NCBI GenBank assembly: GCA_021432655.1
Contig: MU271502.1
Coordinates: forward strand, 1-52,247
Direction: 5' to 3'
Source: Atractiella rhizophila
Taxonomy: Eukaryota
DNA length: 52,247 bases
Shown here one piece after another: positions 12,956-25,837 of the stretch (positions are counted from its first letter, which is position 1; each line of letters begins with the position of its first letter). A program made the translations under genes and the position numbers. Below the pieces are notes generated by a model that was not told the origin of the DNA, ran no database searches, and worked only from the letters and a program-made list of their open reading frames with translations.

Positions 12956-14983
12956 ATGTCGAAACCATGGCATGTTGGCTATCAGCAGCAGCAGGGACAG
13001 GCGAAACAGAAGCCAACTCCCTCCATCTCTATACCGCAAGCTCCTGCTCAAGGTCCAACGTCCGGACGAATGAGTGAAGAAATTTATTATAATAGGTGCG
13101 TATTCCTGATCTTGTACTTCGAGATGAGCCACTGATGGCTCCGGTGCCCTTTTATTCAGTCCCTTATCTGCTTCTTATGAGCCTCCAAAGCAAATCTCGT
13201 CGAATTACCTCCGTCCTTACGCCACGGACGAATATCCTACATTCATGGACCGACCTCCTTCTCCCCTTCGACCATCATCTTTTGAATTACCTCGTCCAGC
13301 GAAGCAATACTCCCGCCCAGCAGCTGGGTCTCAGAGCTTCGACATTAGCGGAGCGCAAGGTGGCGGAACTGGCTTTCCCTTTGCTGGCGTGATTAGTCCA
13401 GTATGGAACTACCCAGAACCTGTGAAGCCAGAAAGACCGCCGATGAGTGCGTGGATCTATTCCTTGAATTGACTTCTGATTGACATGGTTGGATAGCTTA
13501 TGATGACGAAGAACCCTCAACTCCCCCCACTCCGATAGCGAGCCATCCTCATCGACCACATGTGCCCCATCAGGCTCCTCCATCGACATCGAGTAGTCAA
13601 CTTGCTCCTCCTTCACCGTCTACGTCGCAACCAACGGGAGGAGCGACAGGCTTGAAACATCGCATGTCCACTCGCCCACCGAAACCGTCATCGAAAGATC
13701 CGTTCTTCTACAAATATTCTGCTTGCTCCGGTCGCAGGCGAGCGTTGTTGATCGGCATCAATTATACTGGCGTGATCAAGGAAGAGCTCAAAGGGTGTCA
13801 TAATGATGTGCACAACATGAAGAAGTTCCTGATCGATCGATACAATTACAAGGCGAAAGATATCGTCACACTGCTAGACCATCCAAAGAGAGGCAAGAGG
13901 GAGGTGCCGACGAGAAAGAATATTATTGATGCTATGAAGTGGTTGGTTCAGGATGCAAGAGGTCAGTTTAAGCATTATTTTCTACAAAATAAACATTGAG
14001 CGAGTGTCACAGTAAACGACTCTCTCTTCATGCATTTTTCGGGCCACGGTGGCCAAACCGAAGATTTAGACGGTGACGAGGATGACGGTGAGTTCATCAG
14101 TTTACACCTCAGCCTTGCTCATGGAGTATCTACAGGCTTTGATGAAGTTATCTACCCCGTCGACTTCCAGAAAAGTGGACACATAGTGGATGACGAAATG
14201 CACGATATTCTTGTCAAGAATCTCCCCGCTGGTTGCCGCCTCACAGTGTGAGCTTTCCTCAGGCGGAAGTAGAGCCAGTTGATTGATGTCTCTCGAATTT
14301 AGTATCTTCGACTGTTGTAATTCAGGGACAGCTCTCGATTTGCCATACATTTATTCAACAGAAGGGAAAGTCAAAGAGCCCAACATACTCACTGATATTG
14401 GCAACGGCGTCTTTGGAGCGGTTGGCGCCTACGTTCGGAAGGACATTAATGGCGTGATCAAAGCTTTCCGAGCGACGGGCAACAAGGTTGTGAATGGTGA
14501 GCCAGCTCCAAAATTGCTTTGGCTGAGCAGAATTGACTTGGCCTCTAGGCGCTAAGGTGACTGAAGAAGGAAGGAAAGTGAAGACGTCTGCTGCCGATGT
14601 TGTGCGCTCTTCACAACTTTACAATAGGAACCACTGCGCTAACGTCGTGTGGAAAGATTTCTTGGTCAGGGTGTAAAGATTCGCAGCAAAGCGCGGATAC
14701 CGAACAATCTGGTCTTGCGACAGGAGCGATGAGCTGGGCTTTCATTAAGTCACTCAATCAAGAACCAAAGTGCGTTTCTTCGCTCAAACCCTCTTGATTC
14801 CTAATGACATTTATTTACAGACAGAGCTACTTGCAGCTGCTGAACAGCATTCGGAAGGAGTTGAAAGGTACGCACTATCTAAGCTTCCAAGCTGTGTATT
14901 GAATTGTACTAGGACGGTATGCTCAGAAACCTCAACTAAGCTCAAGTCATCCTTTGGATTGCGATTTAATGTTTGTAATGTAG
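12956..14983 (+). CDS. MCA1: Type I metacaspase (peptidase C14) with Pro/Gln/Ser-rich prodomain
   Basis: [42 protein letters not shown], catalytic [57 protein letters not shown], and [19 protein letters not shown]. Confidence 0.95.
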
Positions 14984-15638
14984 TTTTGTGGGCAATTTTT
15001 TTTTTTTGCTGCTGAGGAAGACGTTGCAACCCCGGAAATCTGTAATATATCCTAACTACAATTAACATGTACAGCTACTTGACCTATTTGCCTAAGCAGC
15101 TTACCACTTTGGTCCTATCACAATGAGACAAACTATTAAAGTTTACAACACGGGGCATCTGCAGACGATGATGCAGTTCAAGGGTAAGGAGCGGAAGGGC
15201 TCTACAAGATCGCAGAGCGTCTGCTTCTTTGCACACAAGCTACTTAGTAGTACCAGTGGTGCATGAGGGATGAAAAGTATCTTTACAAGACGCAAGTCCA
15301 GACAAGAGGTCGTACGAGGAGGGAGGGAGAATGTCCATTCGTCTTTCCCGCGCTCCCAAACATGCCTATGTCACAGAAAAGAACATCGAATTCAACGCCT
15401 TTTTGATCATTACCATAACCTGTCTGCTTTGTGGTTTAGTGTAAAAAGAAGAGATAAATTCCATCCGTATCTGCACACTTGGTGGTGAGAGCAGACGGGA
15501 GTCGTACAAGTCGAATCGAGAGTCGAGAAGTTCGGGATAGAAGACAAGATGATGAATAGGGACGACGGAAGCAGCGGTGTAAATGTGTGATGTAGGGAGG
15601 GATACAGGTAGGGTAGGGAGTCATTAGGGATTACTTCG

Positions 15639-18405
15639 TTATGTGTACTTCGACGAAGCACGGAATTTCGGGCCATATTTGTAAAGGATGAATCTGCTCC
15701 CCAGAGTGTCAATCCCATCCCATCAAAGCTCTGCCCTAAAACAGAGGCAAGGGTGAAAAACAAAACGCACGGAATCGGGACGAAAGCAGTCGTAATTCCA
15801 GCGAGTGTAGCCGTCGCTCTTACAGCCCCCAGTCGTCCATAGAACTACCCCATTAAACATGTTAGCGCTCTCATGAGCGGCCAAAACGAATGATGATGGA
15901 CTGACGGTAGGACCAATGAGAGGGAAACCTCCAGCGAGGAGACAGCGGACAAAGGTGTTTCCAGCCAGTGCGGCAGCCGCATTTTGACGATAGACAGCGA
16001 TGAGGAAACCGAAGATGCAGAAGAAGACGAAGGAGGACTATACACCGCCCATACACGGTTATCAAACCAGCCAGAGACAGAACCATAAAATGGAAACAAA
16101 GAGGACATACGCCGGCCCCAAAGAGGAACAGTCCGAAGAAGGGCACGATGAACCTGACTTTGGGATAACTGGTGAAAGCGAGCCAGAACAAGCCGAGGGG
16201 AGTGATAACTGCTCCTGCGATTCCGACAAGGAGACGAGACTCGGGGATGGGAGCGCCGCTGTTTTTGGCGGCTGATTCTCTTATCTTGCGCGCAAAGAAA
16301 CCGGTGGTGAACAACGCTGCGAGCTGTCCTGCGCCGAGGGGGATAAAGGCCAGACCGGTCGATTGCAAATTGCTTCACCCCCATCCGAGTCAGATTTCAG
16401 AGACAGTGGAGGAGGAAGGAAGGAGTAGGGATGGTTGGGGACGTACAAGTTGTATCGGGTTCGGAAAACGAAGGGGATACCACCGAAGAAGAGGTAGATA
16501 ATACCGAGAATGAGAGCGGCCCAAATGTTAAGCAACTATCATTAGCATCATCAAGTAATTAGTCAAGCCACTTTAACAACGAAAGCAAACAGAAGACTGC
16601 AGAAGGACGTACGAAAGCCATCTTCTCAAAGAGCAAGATCTGAACAAAATTGACGAAACTAGCCTTAAAAGCTTGGGGGACGGTCCTCTTAGCTTTCTCA
16701 ATCGGCGCGATATACTTCGGGTCCTTGCTTCTAAGCGCCTGTGCCTTCTTCTTCTGCAAGATCGACAGCTGGGTCTCAGGGACGAAGAGGAAGATGAGGA
16801 CGAGTTCGACGGCTGACCAGCCTGTGATGACGTAGAAGATGATACGCCAGGAGGCGTTTTGGCCGATGAATCCTCCCACGATAGGTCCTACTGCCGGACC
16901 GAGAAGAGGAGAGAGCGTGTAGACTGCTACGGGCCAGTCAGTTGTGCCTGGACGCCACATGTCTGATACACTGTCGAATCGAACCAATTCATGCCATTAA
17001 CAAACACAGTGGGAGGAAGGGGAGGAAAAAACGTACACTCCTCCGGCGACGGAGAGGAAGGCTGTGCCCACAAACCCGGTGAGAAGACGGAAGGCGAGGT
17101 ATGGCGCGATATTTTGGGCGAAGGCAACTGGGACGTTGAAGATGGTGAAGAGAGTGACTGTGGAATGTGATTCAGTTTCCGTGCTAAAGGAGAAAGGAAG
17201 AGACGGACAAGAAATGAGGAAGATGTAACGTCGTCCTAAGAACTCAGACAGCGGGGCAAAGACCACTGTACCAGCGCATTTCGTCAGATTCTCACGTTCA
17301 CGTCAGAAAACGACCTAAAGTAGAAGGACGCACATCCTCCAGTTGCCAAACCCAGAGCAAACAAGGAAGTTCCCGCCACGGTGGTCAGTTGGGAAACGTT
17401 GAACTGTCTTTGAAGCTGCTTGCTGGCTGAACCACCGATGGAAGAGGTAGCGGTGACAGCAAGAGCGGCGGAGCAGACGATCGTAAGGATCCACCATTTC
17501 CTTGCGTTCGAATAATTGTACGGATGGTGCTTATCTTCCGGACCAATGACGACGAGGAACGGGTCTACTTCTGGCGGGGCTGGGGGAGCTGCGGGGGTTG
17601 AAGAGGGAAGGAGCGGCCTGTCGAGCTCTTCTTCGCTCTCTGGTTCCTCTCGCGGATACTCTTGCGCCGATAACGCTCGCTTCTCCTCATCACCGGGGTC
17701 TCGCTTCTCGTCCCGAAACTCCCGACTCCGTTTTTCGTCGGAAGAATGGCGAGGTTTGGATTTAGAAGACGATTTGTGTTCTCGAGAAGAGGATTTGAGC
17801 GGGCGTTTCTCGTCGAAGCTCGATTCGTCGGAAGAGGAGGAGTAGGAATCGTAAGAGGAAGACCGACGTCGTGACCTTCTCCCACCGCCTCCGCTTTCGG
17901 ACTTTCGACCCTTCCTGTCTTTGTCTCTCCTATCTCTGTCTCTGTCCCTATCCCTTGAGCGAGAACGGTCCCTCGACTTTCGGTCCCTGTCTCGACGATC
18001 CCTATCTCTGTCCCTCGAACGCGACCTCGACCGATAGCGATCCCTAGAGCGAGACCGGTCCCTGTCCCTCCTCCTGTCGTCCCTTCTATCCCTGCTCCTA
18101 CTCCTGCTCCTTTCCCTCTCGTAGCTCCTACTTCCCTTCCCACCTCCGCTTCCACCATGTGAGCCCTTTCCACCGCCTCCTCCCTTCGTGTTCGAATAAG
18201 CAGAATCGTCAACACGGTCGTCAACGACTGTCTGGTCGTCGTCGTCAATGGTGTCCTGCCTCTCCCTCAACCTCGTCACCCGCTCCGGTCCAAGTCTCTC
18301 TGGCGTGACCCTGTCCTGTGTTATGTGTCTGTACTGATCTGCCGAGGACCTGAAGTTCTTCGGGGGCTGCACATATCCGCCTAATCCAGCTGGTCTGTCT
18401 GACAT
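15639..18405 (-). CDS. MFS drug:H+ antiporter (DHA1 family) with extended RS/RD-rich N-terminus
   Basis: HPYNYSNARKW, APLSEFLGRR, FRLLTGFVG, GPAVGPIVGGF...WRIIFY, FVPET, PIPESRL, ...LFYKYGPKFRASSKYT* (stop at 15639). Many hydrophobic segments split by short introns. Confidence 0.92.
17920..18125 (-). repeat. Low-complexity Arg-Ser/Arg-Asp dipeptide repeat coding tract within the MFS gene
   Basis: Encodes ERERSRSRSRDRRDDRRRDRDRSRSRDRYRSRSRSRDRDRDRRDRDRKSRDRSRSRDRDRDRDRRDKDR. Confidence 0.9.
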
Positions 18406-21400
18406 TATTTTCTATTTTATTCGTTGCTGGCTGGATGTGGCTGGATGGGGTAGATGGTAGTTAGGTAGGGGGGATGGCGGATGGGAGGATGGGGTGAGAG
18501 GGATGGTGGATGGATGAGAAGACTGTAAATGGAGTTGGAAAAACACAGCCGACACAGCCAGCCGGCAAGTGAACAGCACTGCGCCCGTCCGAATGATGGC
18601 CGGAGTGGAGTGGCTGTAACCTCTCCCGCTTTGATTCCTGATCCTTTCCTTTCATCCTTTCATTGCGCTAGAAAGCATTTGGACCCTTGGAAAACCAAAC
18701 ATCTCACAGGTATTGGTCAGGCTATGGTGAAAGCGCCAAAGGAAAACAAGTTGAAGAGAGCAGCTCAGCCGAAACGGACAGCACGTGATTTTAAACGCTC
18801 AAACGCCGCAACGCGCGTTGGGCGAATCTAAATGGGGCAACAAGTTGAAGGTGATAACGCTATTCCCGTTCTAGTTCTCACATTCCAATCTCTCCTTTGT
18901 CCCCATCTCAGTCTTTTCACTGCAGCTGCTTTCTCGACTCTCCCACTCTTCTTCAACACAGGAAGTTCCGTTTTTCCCGTCCCGAAAGCAGGGCAGGAAG
19001 TCGCCCGATGGTCAAGGTCACACCATGCACTATACTCGGAAGCCCTGAAAGGAGGGTGTCGGAAGGAGCAGAGAGCGAGGAGATACACTTATGAAGTGTG
19101 CTCAACAGGCTGAAATCGGGAGCGTAACAGTTAGATATATTTGATGGCCACCAGGAAATGCGAAACTACTGGAAGGACACACCAGTTTTACTTGTACCAA
19201 TCTGCTTCGGAACGTTTGCACGTCTGCGCGTTTGCACGTTTGACCGTTTGAACGGTGGAAGTGAACTTGTTTGTATTTCACTCTTCATCTTTACCTTTCA
19301 GTCATCGATGCTCTAGTGTAATAGTGGTTAACCAACACCGTTAGGCTTCGGCTTGAGGGACATACGTGACCATGACAAACACCATCCTCCACGTTTTGAC
19401 CTTAACACAAGTGCGGCATTCGAGGGTGTACGGAGATCACTACCGTAACCGCAAATAACACGGCTTGCAAAGCCTCAGATTTCAGCGCTTCAGATCTACT
19501 CCAGCCACCGGGAAAATCAGCATCCAGACTTCTCCATTCATTTTGTTAGAGCACTCGAAAGCCGTCCCTCCCGACTGTTGAAGCCTGAAGCTTGAATATT
19601 GGGCTGGAAATGTATGTCCCATCGACGGACAAGTGTGATGCGTTCCTAGTGATGATGATACGATGATGTGTTGACCAACTTGAATGAAAAATGGAAAGAA
19701 GTCGAGAAGTTGGTTTCAATTTGCTGTGAAGTTAGATGCGAGGTGGCACGACAAAGAACGGATAAACAGTGGATCGTCAGGGATGACAATGGGGAGAGGA
19801 TCGAAAGTGCCACTGCAGTTAAGTGGAGCAATGACGCCTTGTAAAAAGGGTGAGGCTCCCCAACAGTCGGGATTTCACAGGAAGAAGAAATTGGACGATG
19901 TCTATCACCGTCTTGTAACAGAAAGCTCAGGTCAACTCAGGTTTGACGATAACTTTTGCTTTGTGGACGTATGTAGGAGGCTGAAGGGGACAGTTCCCCT
20001 ACTCTGTTGGTGAATCATGGAAACAACGCTGCTGTTGATTGACGTTGATTGGTAAATTGTGACTTCCTTTCATACGATGTATCCTCATAAGAACAAAAAA
20101 CTTGACAAAACCTGACTATGAGGACGCCTATCTTTCAACCTTTCACTCAATCCTCTTGTGCTTGGTCAATATTTTACAGCGATACCGTTCCTGGGTAGTG
20201 GCAAGCTCTGAAGCTCTGAGAAGGAAGGATGGCGCGTTATGTTTGAAATGATTGGGACAACAAATCTTTGGCCCACTGCAGATTCTAGTCTCCCCATAGT
20301 CCTTTATCCATCCGCAAAACGCAACATCTCCCATAACAGGCTAATAGCAAGGTATAACAGAACGTTCTGCGAGAGGCGAAAGAAATTCGCTCATAGTCAC
20401 AAAGGCGGCGGTCGGATCTAGCTTGACAACGTCATATTATTAGAATTTACTTCAACGATTTTGCAACGAGCAACGACGAAGTTTGACGTTGGCCACAAAG
20501 TGCAGTGTCAGTTTGGAGGGTACTTACTTGAGGAGGATATGCGGCTCACGCGATAGCAGTAGTCTGATTGACTCTGGTGGAGAAGAGAGCGAGAGCAGTC
20601 TTGCAGAGTAGTAGTTTATCACACCGCAGACAAAGGTTGCGTTACCCAATTCGGTGAGGGTTTCTTCAATTTGGAAGGGGGAGTTGTTACCCCGTTTTCG
20701 AGAATGGAGTGAAAAGACTCGGGAGATAATGCAACCAGACGTCTCATGCTTCGCTAGGTGAACACAGCAGTCTTTGTGCTTCCATTCCTCAATATACTTC
20801 AGAACACGACTGTAATGGTTTTCAACGCAACGAAAAACATTCCGTCATGTTTTAACATGACCAAACAAACTTTTGTCGACAGAGCACATTGTACTGAAGC
20901 TGGTTGCGTGCTTCAATGCAATGGACACCAATACTTTTGATTCGTCTGCTCGATATGTGTTGGGAAGTCAAATGGAAGGTAGCTGAGTGGCAGTCGACAG
21001 GATTATTTGTTCTTCATTCCTTGACGCTTGACGTCAGCGGGATGGTGCTTGGTTTTGAGGAGCAGGCACGTATTTAACGCTCTGCGGCATTTTAGGTGTA
21101 GTTTATGCTACAATGCCAAATGATGAGCCTTCGTTCTTTCCCCTGAAGTTTAGGTCGCGAGCTCGTGTCTCTCCGAGTAAAATCATCTATTCTCCGACTG
21201 TCACATCCTGACAATATGATGATGCCTGATACCAAGAAAGTCGATTGAAGGAAGCCCACTTGCTGATTACGTGAGAGTTGGTCCTGATATGGCAGCTGAT
21301 GTGCTGAATATTTACGCGTTTTCGCGCAGTGTCCTCTGTTCAGTGATGCGCGTTCATGTTGATGCAAGATGCATGCAAGACAGGTTCCAATCGCTCACCC

Positions 21401-22611
21401 GTTGCATACAGTTACAGTTGCTTTCGTGGCTTCCTTGTTTTCTCGATCCAGGACATCTGAGTGAGCCTTGGGGTAGCTTTAGAAAACGGCAAAAGATGAA
21501 ATGAGGGCTATCCTTTAGGTAAGATGACCTCTCAAGTTTGCCTTGGAATGCCGTCTCATTTCACCTTCGACTTTTCGTTTTCGCTTTATTTTTATACTTG
21601 GCAAATATTTGGATTCAAAACAACTAGACAATTACAAAAGAGGACGAGCGAAAAGCATGGCCTAGTTCAAAAGGGTCGGACGCGCTCCACAACCTGTAGT
21701 TCAATGCAACGAACATGTCCATCACAAGGAGACCCTTTCCTTCGATCTCGGAACGAGGCCGGAGCTCAGGATAGCTGTTGCAAACATAAAAGCATGCAAC
21801 AGCTCGGATCCCAGTTCAGTCCCATTCCAACATGTAGTATTCAACATGTCCCATTATCCAATATCATTGTCCTCCCAATTGAAGGAATATGTCAAGCTTC
21901 CCTCAGGGATAGTCATCGTTTCATGGTGTAAAATGTGTTGAGAGTACGGTGCTTGATTGGGGGAAGCGAGGAAATTGGGTCGGCACGTTTGAAGCAGCGA
22001 GGATTTTGTGAGCACTTCTTCTTCCGTGCGTTCCAAGCATGACGAAGCAAGCTTGCACACACGGTTGTTCACCGCGTTTATCGCCTGAAGGCTGCAAGCT
22101 TGCCAGTCGCTTGCTGGCGTGCTCCTTCCCGCTCTCCCGGAGAGATAAACTCCGTGGTGCCTCATTTAGGCGGCTGTGCAGAATGCGTGAAATCTTTGTG
22201 AATGCCCGTGAAAGGTTATCGGTCAAATGTATTTCACGATTACATAAGAGGAGTAAGACGCGATCGAGGGCTCGATCGAGCTACTCCACCAGCGAGCTTT
22301 TGCCAATCCCAGCAGAAGCAGCAGCAGGAAGTTCAAAGCTAAAGATCGGAACAGATATCCCAAGGATAACGATTTAGGTGAGGATTTTTTTTCTGTCTGG
22401 GAGATACCGAATACGGTGCACCTTATGGGTTGGCTGTGAAGCACTACTAGAAAAATTTATCTCGCCATTCTAAGTCCTCGCTTCTAGATCGAAGAGATCG
22501 CAACATCGGACAGATAAAAGCTCTGTTCGCTGTCTCTCTCCTCATCGTTTTCGATAATTTCGCTGAACTGATTTCGAATCTCGATATTTCTGACAGATCA
22601 AAGTCGTCAAG

Positions 22612-25231
22612 ATGGCCAATCGTCTCAACGCCCTCAAGCTCAACACCACCGACAAGCTCAAGACTCTAGGGGAGCAAGGCCCCTTGTCTGCTTCGTCTCG
22701 ATCTCCTTTCATCTCTTCGCCCGTTATCGCTTCATCTCTCCTTCTCCATGCCAGAAAGATCGCGGCCACCGAGGCTGATCCCTCCACCCCCATCATCATG
22801 CACCCTGTCACCCTCCCCACCGCGGCTGATCTGGAAGCGAACAACATCGACAAGAAGAACGAGGTCACGATCTTTGGTGGTCAAGTTCGACCGATTTCCG
22901 TCGCTGCTTACCAAGATCTTCTCTTCTTGATCCGTGTGGCAAAATGGAAGGTTGCCTACGCGAAGGGAGAGCCTTTCCAGAGGACTGAGCAACTACCTTA
23001 TTGTGAGTCTTTCAAATTAGAATTCAGGATAAAAGGGTGCTCGGTCGATGCTTGATTCTTGATCAGTGACTGATTGTTCTTTTCCCTACAGTTGGACGTT
23101 TCGATGAGGAGGTCGTCAACCAGATTTTCCAGGATCTCATCACTGAGATCTGGCCCGCGAAGGCGGATAACTCAGTTCCCGGAGAAGCTAAGCTCGCTAC
23201 CGAACTCGCTCAAAAGATCATTGATCCCGATACTCCCATTCCCGAGATCGTTGGAGCTCTCCAAAAGGCCTTCGAATTGACTTGCAGGGCCATCGATCGA
23301 TTTGGCGGCGGACAATACTCTTCCTTCAACAACTCCAAGGATGCCGTTTCTGTTTTCTCTCTCGTGGTAAAGCCCGATCCTGAAAGGCTTATCATTTCGT
23401 GGGACGCGAACCTGGGAGAGACCCTCCTCGTCGCCATCTCCTCAGTTGCTCAAAAGCTCAGGGATGACGACAATGATCCTAGCTTCATCGACTACTTGGT
23501 CTTCCACGTCGGCTACGAACTCCTCAGGTCTGGCGCTAAGCTAGATACCAAGGACGCCAGGTGGATGGGTACTGTCGGTTTCAGGACTGACACCCAGACC
23601 TATGTCTCGCTCACCGATCCCGGAGAAGGTCACGTTTTCGGTACTACCAGGAAGGCCCGCTGGGTCAAGGGTGCCATTGTTCACGTCGAGCACTTGGAGC
23701 GACCTGGAAACTTGGCAAGGTTCATCTTTCACTACGTTCACAACCATCCTTTTACTCATAATGTGATAGGGAGGAAATTGAGTCTTACCGTATCCCTTCT
23801 ATCTTTGAATTCGCTCGTGTCCGTCTGCACACTGGCTCTTCCGCTCCCAACACTGTAAGTATTTCGCGTATTTATTTTTTCAGGGACCTTCGCTGAATAA
23901 TCATGTAGTACTTCGTAGGCCGAAGGGTCAAGGACTCCACCTCTGGGGACTTCTCCCTTGATTTCATCAAAGTCGTCAACTTGACTTCTGCTGCTTGTTC
24001 CGCTGCCTTCCAGCTTGGTGCTGCGGAAACCAAGGTCGCAATGGACGGTCTCTCTGCTTCCGAGGCTGTGGCCTACATGAGAGCCCTTTCCGGTCACGTT
24101 CTGAGGCATCACAAGCAGATCCTCTCTGCCGCGTTCAACTTGAACTCGCCTTTCATCGATGATCTCGCGGAACCCAACGCCGATGGTGAATTCCCCAAGG
24201 TCACCGAGCAGATGGATATCGGACGCAGAGGTATCGAGCTCGCTTCCATGGGAGGCTTTGACAAGGTTACCTTCGATGGTGCCGCTGATACTTATCCCTC
24301 TTATTGCGTTGTATGTCCTCTCTTCCTGCTCACTCTTGATCCGCTCAATTGTCTCCTTAGATCCTTCAACTTTCCTTCCAGAACGCTTTGGAATTGGTTC
24401 ACCGAGCTCACCAAGTCGGTCTCCTCACCTACTTCTCCGCCGGTTTCAAGTTCGATCATATCGGCGATGCCGTCTTGGCTGGTGTCGACGGTATTGGTAT
24501 GTTGCTGCCCCAGTGCTCATGTCCCGTGCTCATTCACCATCTGGAATAGGTATTGGTGGCGCTCAAATTCTCCGTTACATGGATAACGAAACTGGTCACC
24601 AGGGACCTTACACTGAAGAGTTCATTGATAAAATCGATACCCAGCGAGACACCGCCGCCAACTCCATCCGTGGCAAAGGTGTCCACCTTCTTTGCCGTCT
24701 CGACGTGGGTTATTTGGATCATCTTGCGACCGACCTGCTGACGATTTATTAGCGCATGTTCGTTGAAGGTTCCATCTGGAACGAGGAGGAGGCTCTTCGT
24801 CAACCCCTTTATGACGCTCTTGCCGCCGTCGATGAGGAGAAGATTACCAAATTCCTCAAAGATCCCATCCTCAAGCGAGTTATTGCTCTTCCCGCTGATG
24901 GTGAGAACCCTGTCCTGGGACAAGCTAAGAGGCTTCTGCGTCCTGGTATCGAGCCTCTTCTCCTCAAGGACGGAGGCGAGGTCGTCCGTGGCAAGTGGGC
25001 TAAGTTCGTCATCGACCTTCAAAGCCTGGTCGATGCTGGCGATGAGTTGATGATTGCTCAATATTACGCTTCTCAGCCATGGTCTCAATTTAGGGAGCTT
25101 TACAGATCTTCAAAGGTGGGCTTCCCATATCTCATCTTCAGAATCCTTGCTCACGCATCGTGCAACAGCCTGGTCTTCGGGAAGACAAGTTCTTCACCAT
25201 CAAGGCGACTCCCTACCAGAAGCCCCAGTAA
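22612..25231 (+). CDS. Uncharacterised ~740-aa protein with (beta/alpha)8 TIM-barrel-like C-terminal half
   Basis: Eight phase-consistent exons: 22612-23002, 23092-23719, 23770-23854, 23909-24310, 24361-24496, 24550-24704, 24753-25115, 25169-25231 (741 codons including the stop). Strong C/T-ending codon bias. Motifs GGFDKVTFDGA, ELVHRAHQVGLLTYFSAGF and AVLAGVDGIGIGGAQIL. Confidence refers to the gene; the function is unknown. Confidence 0.85.
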
Positions 25232-25837
25232 ATGGTTGACTTTATTACTCTCTCTTCCCCTCTCGCTTCTTCAATGCCTGCCTCTTCTCTCTTTTCTCGG
25301 TGTCACGTTTGTGCCTGCGGTTCTAAATTTCTGGAATATGCTCTCGGATTGGGATTCAGGTATGATATGGTGGATCAGACAAACATATTCTCCCTTAGCC
25401 GTTGTGATGTGATATGGCGGGAGCAACAGATCCAAAAAACGATGTGTAATGAAAGAGATGTTGTTATAGTGAAATCTCAATTGAAATTATAGAATCAGTT
25501 CTATTACTGGCCATTTGGTCGCGTGTGGTGTGGACGCATGCAACCAGTCTCGCGCTCTCCCGACCACAAACGTTTCAACACGCAGGTGAGGTCTTGTATC
25601 GATACCCAGGCACGGCAACAAGAAGAGGCTGCTAGGAAGGAGCAAACCAAGGCGACATTGTATTCACTAGCAATTCAACAATGGATGAAACTAGCTAACC
25701 ATTGACGCCGGTGTTGGAAGGCGTGCTGGATGTTTGAGCTCTGACATCTGCGAGATGTGTTCGTCGACATTGATGTCCTTATCGTCCAAGCATGAAAGTT
25801 TAACGCTCACCGCGACGTTCACAGAGGTGTCATTAAT

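Noticed and set aside
12956..14983. Metacaspase as part of a fungal cell-death/immune cluster (gasdermin, NLR, amyloid)
   Set aside because: No gasdermin, NACHT/NB-ARC, HET or amyloid-motif gene is recognisable nearby. It looks like an ordinary Mca1-type gene.
19308..19425. tRNA-like start (gctctagtgtaatagtggttaacc)
   Set aside because: It resembles a D-arm, but no GTTCGA T-loop occurs at the right spacing and no acceptor stem closes it.
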